The translations under genes were made by a program, and so were the position numbers. Positions 31,323 through 44,234 of a stretch of 64,000 nucleotides of DNA are shown here, in pieces. Source of the stretch: Heteronotia binoei (lineage: Eukaryota); NCBI RefSeq assembly GCF_032191835.1, contig NC_083229.1, positions 12,772,001-12,836,000 on the forward strand. The letters are read 5' to 3'. The notes beneath the pieces were generated by a model. It was not told the origin of the DNA, did not search any database, and saw only the letters and a program-made list of their open reading frames with translations. Position 1 is the stretch's first letter. The number at the start of each line of letters is the position of its first letter.

Positions 31323-34300
31323 CCATCATGAAAAGAGTTGTCATGGAGGTTGGTTGTGCTGCTTGGAGCATTCTTGTTTTCAGTTCTTGCCTTTACACTT
31401 CGCCTAGGAGAAAGGAAACGGGAGGATTCAGATCTTGTTTTGTGACTAAACAGCTGAGGTTTTCAGCGTGACTTCATTCTATTTGACAATGAGTTACTAG
31501 TGAGGTTAATTTCATAGAATCAAAGACCGATCTCGCACTCACCGGAAGCCGCTCTCACGTCCGTCTTCTCAGCGCGGCTTCCTTCCGATTTCCCACGATC
31601 TGCCCCGGGGCTGCAGCAAGGATCGGTGTTTTCCCACAGCAAAGAGAAACCGCTAAAACCCAGTTTCTCTTTGCTGCATGAAAACTCTGACGCTTGCTGT
31701 AACCCCGGGGCAGATAGTGGGAAGGAAGCTGCGCTGAGAAGACAAGCGTGAGAGCGGCTTCCGGTGAGTGTGAAATCGGTCCTGGAGTTGAAAGGGGTCC
31801 TACAAGCCCTGTAGTCCAATCAATGCAGAATCTGCCTAAAGCATCCCAGTCAAGGGTTTGTTCAGCTGCTGCTTGAAGGCTGCCCATGAGGGGAGCCCGC
31901 CTCCCTATGCAGCTGATTCTACTGCTGAACTGCTCTTTCTGAACCCCCCCCCCCCAAATATCCATCCATGCATAATTTAAACCCATTATTTTGAGTCCTG
32001 TCATCTGCTGCTAACATAGGCTTGCCAATCCCCAGGTTCCAGAGGGGGTCTCCCACTTTTGCTTCCCGCTCCCAGTCAGCTGGCCGGCGGGGGGAAGCCC
32101 CACCCTCAGCTACCATGTGCCTTTCCACCTCCCGAGGCTTCCTCTTGGGATGGTGTGTCTGTGTCTTTAAGGCTGAACGGGGGCGGGGGGAGCAGGCAGA
32201 ACAACACGGCTGCTCCCAGTGCTTGTGAAAGCAGCCCAGAACCTCTGTTGGTAGCACAATCTTTTCAGAGGTCGTTTGCATAGGAAAGGTAAACTTGAAC
32301 ATTTGGTTGCTCTGTCTCTTTGAAGAAGTTGGAAGTTCAGCAACTCAAGAGTAGAGATGCCCTTCCCCAGGTGGGAGCAGGCCCTCCCCTGCTTCAGAGT
32401 CATCAGAAATGGGGGGGGGGAGGGAGGGAAACGAATGCCGGGCACTTCATTATTCCCTAGGGAGATCGATTCCCATAGGGTTTAATAGCGAACTGATCTG
32501 GGGGTATCTGGGGCTCTGGAGGGGTTGTTTCTTGGGGTAGAAGCACCACATTTTCAGCATTGCATCTGATGATTATTTTCAATTTTCAGAGTCATATATG
32601 TTAAAGCTGTCTGCACCTGGATGGCCAAGGCTCACCCAATCTCACGAAATCTTGGCTTCTAAGTGGGACTGGCCCTCGCTAGTACATGGTTGGGAGACCA
32701 CCAAGGAAATCCATGGTTGTGCCTCAGAAGCAAGCAAAGGCAAACCACCTCCAAGCGTTTTTTGCCTGGAAAACATGCAGGAGTCACTGTAAGTCAGCTA
32801 CACTTTCCATCTCCATAAGTTAAAGTGAACATCTATCCATGTAGATATCCAGTACTCTGGACAGAGTCTACCTCCCTGGTTTCCTTTCTCTGTGGCTGAA
32901 TAAATCCTCATAATTGCTCACTCACCTCTTCCCCTTTTCAGGAGCTTGGTCGCTATGATTTTATCCTTCCCTCTTGCTTGCTGTCCCCGCAATCAAGGCT
33001 TCAGGACCTGCTTAAAGGGGATCACATCAGAGATCAGAGTCCAGAGATCACATCAAACACAAATATTGGCATCTGACTAAGGAACTCACAATGCACATAC
33101 AAAATATAAATGTTTCAAGCGGAGGCACGTGACAAAAGGAGTGGAAAGGAAGAAGCAGAGTACAGACAACAGAAAGAAGCAAGGGAGGAACAGGTGCAGA
33201 TAAATCTAGAAGCGGTAGGGCTTCCTTTTGGTTACTATAAGGACTAACGGGTTGAAGCTGAGGAACTTATAGGAAGTGAGAGCCAGTTTGGTGTTGTTGT
33301 TAAGCGTTCAGACTCTTATCTGGGAGAACCGGGTTTGATTCCCCACTCCTCCATTTGCAGCTGCTGGAATGGCCTTGGGTCAGCCATAGCTCTGGCAGAG
33401 GTTGTCCTTGAAAGGGCAGCTGCTGTGAGAGCTCTCTCAGCCCCACCCACCTCACAGGGTGTCTGTTGCGGGATAAGAAGATAAAGGAGATTGTAAGCCG
33501 CTCTGAGTCTCTGATTCAGAGAGAAGGGGAGGGTACAAATCTGCAGTCGTCATTGTTGTGTACACTCTGGAGAATAGGGTAAAAAAAAAGAAAAGAAAAA
33601 AGAACATGTAGAGCACCCAAGGAGGTGAATTCAGCAACATAAAGGGATCGCATGCAAAGTCTTACCTTCTTCACCAGATATTCGAAAGAAACTGGACACA
33701 GCCTTTTACTAGGGACGGAGGCTAATAATGTTCTAACCCCACACACAACTGTCTGGTATATCTCTTACAGAGCAGCGGAAATACTCTTAAGTTACTCCTC
33801 CACCCCCACCCCCCAACAAAAAGACTACCAAACAGAATGAACAACTCACCAGTGATCCATATCAGGCAGTCTGCTGAATCTGAGTCATTGATAGGGGTGT
33901 GGTTATTCTGCCCAGGATTTCCTGGCTGCTCCTATCTACAGGTCCAGGTTTACTGGTTGTTTCTTGAGTCTTTTTGATCTGAGAAGTGAAAGCAGTCCTT
34001 CTGTTGTTACCATTGACTTAGATAGTTCTGAGAAAGTTGCAGGTTCTGGACATTCAGGACCATCACAAGGAGAATTCACAGCCCCATCAAGGGACTCTGA
34101 TTCCACGCAAGCTATGATTGCTGTGGAAGAACCCACCTCAGGTACTCCATTCCACCCAGTAGAAACCTCTCTATCCTTGAACTCAGGTTGTCCTGAAGAA
34201 GCTTCTAGGACTTCCTGGGTCTCAGTGAGAGACAGAAGATGGTCTACATGGCATCTCCATCATGTTCTTTCCTCTGGACTGAAGAAAATTTCCCCATCAA

Positions 34301-34772
34301 GCATTAGTCACATCTCCAAAAATGCACCTGTCTGAGAAATCGTTTCAGAGGGAAGCCATGTTGGTCTGCAAGAGCACAGTTATATTCAGGTCCGATAACA
34401 TCTTAGAGACGAACAAGACCTCAGGGTTTAAGCTTTAAAGACTCAAAGATCCCTTCATTGTAAGGAATAGTTTTTTCTTCTGGCAGCGTGGGTGAAGTAC
34501 AGATGGACCATCTTGATGCATGGCCCATAAATGCATAACTGGAACCCATTAGAGATGGGCAAAACCTATTATTCCAGAGGTTACCATAAAAAGTCCTTAA
34601 GTGTGGAGGAAATGGATTCTCGGATTTCATGTCTTGTGAGAAATCCCATCCCTGAAAAGGGAACTTGCAAGAAATTCCCAACAAGGTTTGGAAGTGGAGG
34701 ATCATAACAAATGTAATGGAAATTGAGGGGTGGGCTTTTTTTGCAAACTGCATGGAACCTGCAAGGGAAGTA

Positions 34773-37700
34773 AGAACATAAGAACATAAGAGAAGCCATG
34801 TTGGATCAGGCCAACGGCCCATCAAGTCCAACACTCTGTGTCACACAGTGGCAAAAAAAAATTATATACACACATACGCTGTGGCTAATAGCCACTGATG
34901 GACCTGTGCTCCATATTTTTATCTAAACCCCTCTTGAAGGTGGCTATACTTGTGGCCGCCACCACCTCTTGTGGCAGTGAATTCCACATGTTAATCACCC
35001 TTTGGGTGAAGAAGTACTTCCTTTTATCCGTTTTAACCTGTCTGCTCAGCAATTTCATCGAATGCCCAAGAGTTCTTGTATTGTGAGAAAGGGAGAAAAG
35101 TACTTCTTTCTCTACTTTCTCCATCCCATGCATTATCTTGTAAACCTCTATCATGTCACCTCGCAGTCGACGTTTCTCCAAGCTAAAGAGTCCCAAGCGT
35201 TTCAACCTTTCTTCATAGGGAAAGTGCTCCAGCCCTTTAATCATTCTAGTTGCCCTTCTCTGGACTTTCTCCAATGCTATAATATCCTTTTTGAGGTGCG
35301 GCGACCAGAACTGCACACAGTACTCCAAATGAGACCGCACCATCGATTTATACAGGGGCATTATAATACTGGCTGATTTGTTTTCAATTCCCTTCCTAAT
35401 AATTCCCAGCATGGCGTTGGCTGTTTTTATTGCAAACGCACACTGTCTTGACATTTTCAGCGAGTTATCTACCACAACCCCAAGATCTCTCTCTTGGTCA
35501 GTCTCTGCCAGTTCACACCCCATCAACTTGTATTTGTAGCTGGGATTCTTGGCCCCAATGTGCATTACTTTGCACTTGGCCACATTGAACCTCATCTGCC
35601 ACGTTGACGCCCACTCACCCAGCCTCAACAGATCCCTTTGGAGTTCCTCACAATCCTCTCTGGTTCTCACCACCCTGAACAATTTAGTGTCATCTGCAAA
35701 CTTGGCCACTTCACTACTCACTCCCAACTCTAAATCATTTATGAACAAGTTAAAGAGCATGGGACTCAGTACCGAGCCCTGCGGCACCCCACTGCTTATC
35801 GTCCTCCACTGCGAAGACTGCCCTTTTATACTCACTCTCTGCTTCCTATTACTCAGCCAGTTTTTGATCCACAAGAGGACCTGTCCTTTTACTCCATGAC
35901 TCTCAAGCTTTCTAAGGAGCCTTTGATGAGGAACTTTATCAAAAGCTTTCTGGAAGTCAAGGTAAACAACATCTATCGGGTCTCCTTTGTCCACATGTTT
36001 GTTCACCCCCTCAAAGAAATGTAACAGGTTAGTGAGGCAAGATCTTCCCTTGCAGAACCCATGCTGAGTCTTCCTCAATAACCCGTGTTCATCAATGTGC
36101 CTACTCATTCTGTCCTTGATAATGGTTTCTACCAACTTTCCCGGTATTGAAGTCAGACTGACTGGCCTGTAATTTCCTGGATCTCCTCTGGAACCTTTTT
36201 TAAAGATGGGGGTGACATTTGCTACCTTCCAGTCCTCAGGAACGGAGGCAGATTTCAATGAAAGTTTACAGATTTTTGTTAGAAGATCCACAAGTTCAAC
36301 TTTGAGTTCTTTCAGAACTCTCGGATGTATGCCATCCGGACCCGGTGACTTATTAGTTTTTAATTTGTCTAACAGTTGTAGGACCTCCTCTTTTGCCACC
36401 TCAATCTGACTCAGGTCTTTCAACACCCCTTCCAAAATTAGTGGTTCTGGGGTGGGCAAAACGTTCTCGTCTTCCACAGTGAAGACGGAGGCAAAAAATT
36501 CATTTAGCTTCTCAGCCATTTCCCTATCCTCCTTCAGTAATCCTTTTACCCCATGGTCATCCAAGGGCCCCACTGCCTCCCTGGCTGGTTTCCTACTTCT
36601 AATATATTTGAAGAAAGTTTTATTGTTGGTCTTTATGTTTTTTGCAATATGCTCCTTATAGTCCCTTTTTGCCTGCCTGATCACAGTCTTGCATTTGATT
36701 TGCCACAGCCTGTGTTCCCTTTTACTAGTCTCACTTGGACTGGTTTTCCACCGCTTAAAGGAGTCTTTCTTACCTTTTACAGCTTCCAATACTTTGTTTG
36801 TTAACCACGCAGGCCTTTTCTTATGCTTGTTTGTGCCTTTCCTAACTTGTATGTTATCTGAGCTTCTAGGATTATAGTTTTAAATAGCGTCCAAGCTTCC
36901 CCAAGGGTTTTGACCGTATGTACCTTTCCTTTCAGTTTCCTCCTCACATGCCTCCTCATCTCAGTGTATTTACCCCTTTTAAAGTTAAACGTGGTTGTGG
37001 CGGTCTTTTTGGACAACTCCCTATTTATACAAACGGTGAAATCAATAACATTATGGTCACTGCTCCCAAGTGGCGCAATCACTTTAACATCTCTCACCAA
37101 GTCTTGGCATTACTTAGGACCAAATCCAGGATCGGCCCACCCCTGGTAGGTTCTGAGACCATCTGCTCCATAGCACAGTCATTGAGAGCATCAAGAAACT
37201 CAATCTCTTTCTCTCGACCAGAACACATATTGACCCAATCAATCTGCGGGTAGTTAAAATCACCTATTATGACACAGTTTTTACGTTTAGCCGCTATCTT
37301 TAAGCCTTCCATCATATTATAATCGTCCTCTCTCTTTTGATTTGGTGGGCGATAACAAACTCCCATAGTTAAATTTCCTTTTGGGCCCTCTATTTCAACC
37401 CAAAGCATTTCTAAAAGTGAATCTAATTCTCTAAAAGTGAATCTAATTCTCTGACCTCAGTCTTACTGGACCGTATACCCTCTCTGACATACAGAGCCAC
37501 CCCAACTCCAACCCTTCCCTCCCTATCCTTCCGATATAACTTATATCCAGGAATCATCGTGTCCCACTGAATCTCCTCATTCCACCAAGTTTCTGAAATT
37601 CCCACAATGTCTATGTTTTCTCCCAACACTAAACATTCCAATACACCAATTTTACTTCGAATGCTTCTAGCATTTGCATACAAACATCTATAATTTTCCA

Positions 37701-37776
37701 GGCGAGCTAGGCCCGCCACCTTCCTCCTGCCGCCTCGAGACTCTGGCGGACAGTCCATATTGATTGTCATCGTCAC
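34773..37776 (-). mobile_element. CR1 LINE, 3.0 kb, nearly complete ORF2 with three frameshifts
   Basis: APE motifs (CLYANARS, ISETWW, GDFNYP, SDH), 634-aa RT ORF 34885..36789 (FADD), tail read as agaacataagaacataag on the plus strand, agta TSD, 20-bp duplication at 37411-37450. Confidence 0.97.
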
Positions 37777-38032
37777 AGTACGGAAGTGAATGCATTTAGG
37801 AAGGGTTAGACTTCATTTTGCATAGAATGAGGACTATTCCTGTTTACTTAAACCAATTTCACACTATGCTTGTTCCAGGATGGAGAGCCCTTTTGCTACT
37901 GGGACTTCTCTCCGTTTTCGCACAAATTGCCCCGGAGCTGCGAGTTGGCATGCTGCTATTCTGCAGCAAGCGGATACGCTGATAAATGTATTCCACTTGC
38001 TGCAGAATAGAGGCACACCAACTTGCAGCTCC

Positions 38033-38671
38033 AGAGCCAGTTTAGTGTAGTGGTTAAGTGTGCGGACTCTTATCTGGGAAAGCCGTGTTTGATTCCCCAC
38101 TCCTCCACTTGCACCTGCTGGAATGGCCCTGGGTCAACCATAGCTGTCATAGACCTTCTTCCCCTGTAGTGGTTAAGTGTGCAGAGTCTTATCTGGGAGA
38201 ACCGGGTTTGATTCCCCACTCCTCCACTTGCACCTGCTGGAATGGCCCTGGGTCAACCATAGCTCTCATAGACCTTCTTCCCCTGTAGTGGTTAAGTGTG
38301 CAGAGTCTTATCTGGGAGAACCGGGTTTGATTCCCCACTCCTCCACTTCCAGCTGCTGGAATGGCCTTGGATCAGCCATAGCTCTCATAGACCTTCTTCC
38401 CCTGTAGTGGTTAAGAGTGCAGACTCTTATCTGGGAGAACCGGGTTTGATTCCCCACTCCTCCATTTGCACCGGCTGAAATTGCCTTCGGTCAGCCATAG
38501 CTCTGGCAGAGATTGTCCTTGAAAGGACAGCTGCTGTGATAGCCCTCTCAGCCCCACCCACCTCACAGGGTGTCTGTTGTGGGGGAGGAAGATAAAGGAG
38601 ATTGTGAGCCACTCTGAGACTCTGAGTGAAGGGCGGAATATAAATCCAATGTCATCTTCTTCTTCTTCTTC
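38033..38671 (+). repeat. Squam3-like SINE with three extra 119-bp head units (copy 2 at 57314-57952)
   Basis: gtagtggttaag...tagaccttcttcccct repeated with a 119-bp period, then a full SINE body with a (ctt)n tail. Confidence 0.9.
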
Positions 38672-41118
38672 CAGAGCAATTTGTGCAACAACAGAGAGAA
38701 GCCCCGGTACCAAAAGGGCTCTCCATCCTGGAACAAGCATAGTGTGAAATTGGTTTAAGTAAACAGGAATAGTCCTCATTCTATGCAAAATGAAGTCTAA
38801 CCCATCTAAAATGAAGTCTAACCCAAGCATAGTGCAAAACTGGTCCCAGGTTTACGTTAAACGCAAGGACTGAACAGTATATTTTAACTTAGGAAGAAAA
38901 GGTCGAAGAAAAAAGATGGGAAAGCAGAATTGATAACAAAGAAAAAGCTTCCAGCTTCTACCTTTTCCCAGTCCAAACCCCGTCTCAAAATAGATGAAAA
39001 GAAACTTCAGACATTCTATTCAGAATTTAGAAAAAATTTAATGATCACTTTTTTGATTTTAAAGGAATTTGTCCATCCAATGCTGATCATCCAACCCCAA
39101 CTAGAGAACAACTAAGAGAGACTTGGGAAAGAAACTTCAGATATTCCCTTCAGAATTTTGAGATCTTGGTCTTGATCACTTTTTTGATTTTAAAGGAATT
39201 TGTCCATCCAGTGCTGATTACCCACCCCCAGCTAGAGAACGACCAAGAGATACTTGACTTGATTCAACAGGGTGGGGCACAGAGTCTACATCCAAATGCA
39301 CTGACCAGATACCCAGGAAGGAGCATCCATTAAAAATAGGAAATTCTGCAGTTCTCCCAAGATGTTCTTGAAAGCCTTTATGAGGGGAGGAAATTGCATC
39401 TAAGATCTTATGTCTCAAGGGAAAGTTGCTTTTTGCATTGGTAAACAGTGCAAAGGTATTTTCAAGCGATTGTCTGGGAGTCTAATGTAGCTTGAGAATG
39501 GAGATCTTGGGAGTTCCATTTTTCTTTCTGTGCTCTAAAATGGATGATTTGTGGCATATTAATCTGATGTTCTTAACTCAAAGTTTTAAATCTATTGGCG
39601 CTGAACAGCTATGAGCACAGATCCTAAGTTCCTCGTGAACGCACAGCATCATCTCTTTTACCTTTTGAAGTGCCCAACACCTGTTCAGTGACGATAGATT
39701 AAGGGTTGGAACTTATTTTGGCCCCCGTAGCCCAAGAGGTGATTTGCGTGATCAAAGCTGAAAACTCCGTTCTTTTCTTTGACCTTATTGACCCCAGGTG
39801 AATCTACTCGTTTAAGACAACAGTATACCCTTTCCTAGAACAAAGTTTGAGTCCAACAAAGTTTTATTCAAGGTTCCAAAAGAAGTCATGCACAACACAC
39901 AGATGTTTGATCAATTATTTTGCACAGGCAATGCATCAGTGGAAAATACAGACAAAAAGATAACACACATTAAAAAAAATGATCAACCAATTCAGTAAGG
40001 AGTGACAATAACAGGGATGTTAGCTAAGCTGTAAATGTTAGATATCCATGATGGAGCCTGTCAATAGCCAGGGCATATATGCTTAGTTCCTTTGCAAAAT
40101 AAAATTGTACACATCCAATATAGATTGGTGATGATTTTGCATCCCTGGTGGTACAGTGCAGAAATGTAGATAAAAGGAATTCTATAAAGGTTTATGAAGA
40201 AGAAAAGGAAGAGGAGGTTTTATACCCTGCCCTCCACTACCTGAAGAAGAATTAGTTTTATACCCTGCCCTTCACTACCTGAGAGAGTTTCAAAGCAGTT
40301 TCTCAGAGCAGTTACAATTACCTCCCCTTCCTCTCCCCACAACCGGCACCTTGTTGAGTAGGTGGGGGTGAATTAGCTCTGAGAGAACTGTGACTGACCC
40401 AAAGTCACCCAGCTGGCTTCATGTGGAAGAGGAGTGGGGAATCAAACCTGGTTCTCCAGATTAGAGTGCTGCCACTCTTAACCACTACACCAAACTGGTT
40501 CTCTTTAGGACTGGTCCTACATGCAGCTCTAGCCACAAAAGACGTGTAAGAGTTTGCCCATTATTTTTTTGTACTGTAGCAGTTGAATCTGTGGTCACCT
40601 GTTTTCCTCAGTGGGACTGTAAGCTTCTAGAAGCAGACTTCAGTGGTGAGGCTCAAGTCTGACATCTCAGCCTCTAGCTATTTTTAAAAAGAGTTTCATC
40701 TCAAAAAGCACCTTAGGGAACAGAACTTTTCTACATGGCCACAGGAGGATTGCTTGTTTCAAGAATTGATTGTTAACCACCCTGAGACCGCTTGCAGAGA
40801 GGGCGGGGTATAAATTAAAGGTAATAATAATAACTCAGAGAGAGGAATACATTTTGGTTTCATGTGTTTATGGAAGAGAAAAAGGATTGCCAAAGAGCCC
40901 TTGTGTAGTTGGAACCCTTTTCCTTCTGGTTGCAGTGGTATGTGTCTTCTTCAAAGGATGTCAGGCACTGTCCAGAGAAGGAGATTTCATTTTAAAAAGA
41001 TGTTGCAACAGCATGTGTCCTAATCATACTGTTTTTTTAAAAAAAATGCATGTTACAATTGAAAACCAGAGTGGACTTTGCCTGTCAAAGGAAGAAGCAT
41101 TTGGCTCTTGGAATGGCA

Positions 41119-42132
41119 TCATAACTGGGTTTCAGCTGGGGTTTCCTCAGTACAGCTTTTTTCCTCCTTGAAAACCTTCTGGAGGATCACCCTCATGCTC
41201 TCCCTGTGTCTAGACTTCCATGGTCTCCCAACCAGGAAATAAATGAATGGGTTGACACTGCTATTTAAACAGTCTAATAGAGCTGGAATAGATGCCATAT
41301 ATTCTGGTAAATAATCAAAATAAGCGAGGATGAAAATGACATTTGCTGGAAAAGTAAAGAGGAGGAAGAAGAGAAGAGTGAGCAAGACAATGGTCAAAAG
41401 CCTTCCCCTTCGACGCTGTTGTTCTTTCAACCACACTTTGATGAATAGGGACACAGTGGCAATTGTCATGACCGGGAGGCAAAGCACAACATTCACAATA
41501 AACTGGTAGAAGTTTTCAATTGGTTGTTCGTTTGTATTAAAAAATGCGAGAGTGATGGTAATTGCAGTAAGCAAGACAGAGAGGACCCATATGAGCGCAC
41601 AGACAATGGAGGACAAATGCTGGGGCCGCTTGCATTGATGCCAAAGTGGGAAGAAGACGGCCACACACCTGTCAATGCTGATGGCCACCATGAGGAAAAG
41701 ACTAGCACTGTTCATTAATATGGCCAGGAAAAAGAATGGTAAAAAAATAAATCTAAGCCACAAGGAAAGAAGCTGAACCAAAAGTGATAGGAGGCCCCCA
41801 AAATCAGCGACAGCCAAGTTCAGGATGTAGGTCATGAAAGGATTCCTTTTAATGCGGAAGCCAAGAAGCCAGATGACCATTCCATTCCCCACTGCTCCAA
41901 AAATGGAGATGACCAATGCAATGATATCAATAACATTTGCAATATGAATTTCAAAACTCTCTTCTCTTCCATTATCAGAGGAGCTATGAGATGGAATGCC
42001 TTCTGAAATATTATCATTTTCACTGACACTTGGGGAAAAAAAGTAAGTATAATTAGAGTTATTAAAATTTTCCAGGACTGCATCCATCATGAAAAGAGTT
42101 GTCATTGAGGTTGGTTGCGATGCTTGGCGCAT
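41119..42132 (-). CDS. MAS-related GPCR G4 (A type), protein identical to G2
   Basis: ORF track translation identical to G2; A7 run at 42036-42042. Confidence 0.95.
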   Translation of the reverse strand: MRQASQPTSMTTLFMMDAVLENFNNSNYTYFFSPSVSENDNISEGIPSHSSSDNGREESFEIHIANVIDIIALVISIFGAVGNGMVIWLLGFRIKRNPFMTYILNLAVADFGGLLSLLVQLLSLWLRFIFLPFFFLAILMNSASLFLMVAISIDRCVAVFFPLWHQCKRPQHLSSIVCALIWVLSVLLTAITITLAFFNTNEQPIENFYQFIVNVVLCLPVMTIATVSLFIKVWLKEQQRRRGRLLTIVLLTLLFFLLFTFPANVIFILAYFDYLPEYMASIPALLDCLNSSVNPFIYFLVGRPWKSRHRESMRVILQKVFKEEKSCTEETPAETQL

Positions 42133-44234
42133 TCTTGTTTTCAGTTCTTGCCTTTACACTTCGCCTAGGAGAAAGGAAACGGGAGGATTCAGATCTTGTT
42201 TTGTGACTAAACAGCTGAGGTTTTCAGCGTGAGTTCATTCTATTTGACAATGAGTTACTAGTGAGGTTAATTTCATAGAATCAAAGACCGATCTCGCACT
42301 CACCGGAAGCCGCTCTCACGTCCGTCTTCTCAGCGCGGCTTCCTTTCGATTTCCCACGATCTGCCCCGGGGCTGCAGCAAGGATCGGCGTTTTCGCACAG
42401 CAAAGAGAAACCGCTAAAAACCAGTTTCTCTTTGCTGCATGAAAACTCTGACGCTTGCTGTAACCCCGGGGCAGATAGTGGGAAGGAAGCTGCGCTGAGA
42501 AGACAAACGTGAGAGCGGCTTCCGGTGAGTGTGAAATCGGTCCTGGAGTTGAAAGGGGTCCTACAAGCCCTGTAGTCCAATCAATGCAGAATCTGCCTAA
42601 AGCATCCCAGTCAAGGGTTTGTTCAGCTGCTGCTTGAAGCCTGCCCATGAGGGGAGCCCGCCTCCCTATGCAGCTGATTCTACTGCTGAACTGCTCTTTC
42701 TGAACCCCCCCCCCCAAATATCCATCCATGCATAATTTAAACCCATTATTTTGAGTCCTGTCATCTGCTGCTAACATAGGCTTGCCAATCCCCAGGTGCC
42801 AGAGGGGGTCTCCCGCTTTTGCTTCCCGCTCCCAGTCAGCTGGCCGGCGGGGGGAAGCCCCACCCTCAGCTACCATGTGCCTTTCCACCTCCCGAGGCTT
42901 CCTCTTGGGATGGTGTGTCTGTGTCTTTAAGGCTGAACGGGGGCGGGGGGAGCAGGCAGAACAACACGGCTGCTTCCAGTGCTTGTGAAAGCAGCCCAGA
43001 ACCTCTGTTGGTAGCACAATCTTTTCAGAGGTCGTTTGCATAGGAAAGGTAAACTTGAACCTTTGGTTGCTCTGTCTCTTTGAAGAAGTTGTAAGTTCAG
43101 CAACTCAAGAGTAGTGATGCCTATTCCCAGGTGGGAGCAGGCCCTCCCCTGCTTCAGAGTCATCAAAAAATGGGGGGGGGGGGGAGGGAGGGAAACGAAT
43201 GCCGGGCACTTCATTATTCCCTATGGAGATCGATTCCCATAGGGTTTAATAGCGAACTGATCTGGGGGTATCTGTTTCTTGAGGTTGTTTCTTGAGGTAG
43301 AAGGGGTTGTTTCTTGAGGTAGAAGCACCACATTTTCAGCATTGCATCTGATGACTCTTCTCAATTTTCAGAGTCATATATGTTAAAGCTGTCTGCACCT
43401 GGATGGCCAAGGCTCACCCAATCTCACGAAATCTTGGCTTCTAAGTGGGATTGGGCCTCAGTAGTACATGGTTGGGAGATCACCAAGGAAATCCATGGTT
43501 GTGCCACAGAAGCAAGCAAAGGCAAACCACCTCCAAGCATTTTTTGCCTGGAAAACATGCAAGAGTCACTGTAAGTCAGCTACACTTTCCATCTCCATAA
43601 GTTAAAGTGAACATTTATCCATGTAGCTATCCAATACTCTGGACAGAGTCTACCTCCCTGGTTTCCTTTCTCTGTGGCTGAATAAATTCTCAGAATTGCT
43701 CACTCACCTCTTCCCCTTTTCAGAAGCTTGGTCGCTATGATTTTATCCTTCCCTCTTGCTTGCTGTCCCCGCAATCAAGGCTTCAGGACCTGCTTAAAGG
43801 GGATCACATCAGAGATCAGAGTCCAGAGATCACATCAAACACAAATATTGGCATCTGACTAAGGAACTCACAACGCACATACAAAATATAAATGTTTCAA
43901 GCGGAGGCACGTGACAAAAGGAGTGGAAAGGAAGAAGCAGAGTACAGACAACAGAAAGAAGCAAGGGAGGAACAGGAGCAGATAAATCTAGAAACGGTAG
44001 GGCTTCGTTTTGCTTCCTATAAGGACTAATGGGTTGAAGCTGAGGAACTTACAGGACGTGAAATCCAGTTTGGTGTAGTTGTTAAGGGTGTAGATTCTTA
44101 TCTGGGAGAAATGGGTTTGATGCCCCACTCCTCCACTTGCAGTTGCTGGAATGGCCTTGGGTCAGCCATAGCTCTGGCAGAGGTTGTCCTTGAAAGGGCA
44201 GCTGCTGTGAGAGCTCTCTCAGCCCCATCCACCT

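Noticed and set aside
34885-36789. 634-aa ORF as a host gene or active element
   Set aside because: It is CR1 RT. The upstream endonuclease region carries frameshifts, so the copy is not autonomous.
38033-38420. Regular repeats superficially like a CRISPR array
   Set aside because: Eukaryotic context, no unique spacers and no cas genes; the units are whole SINE heads.
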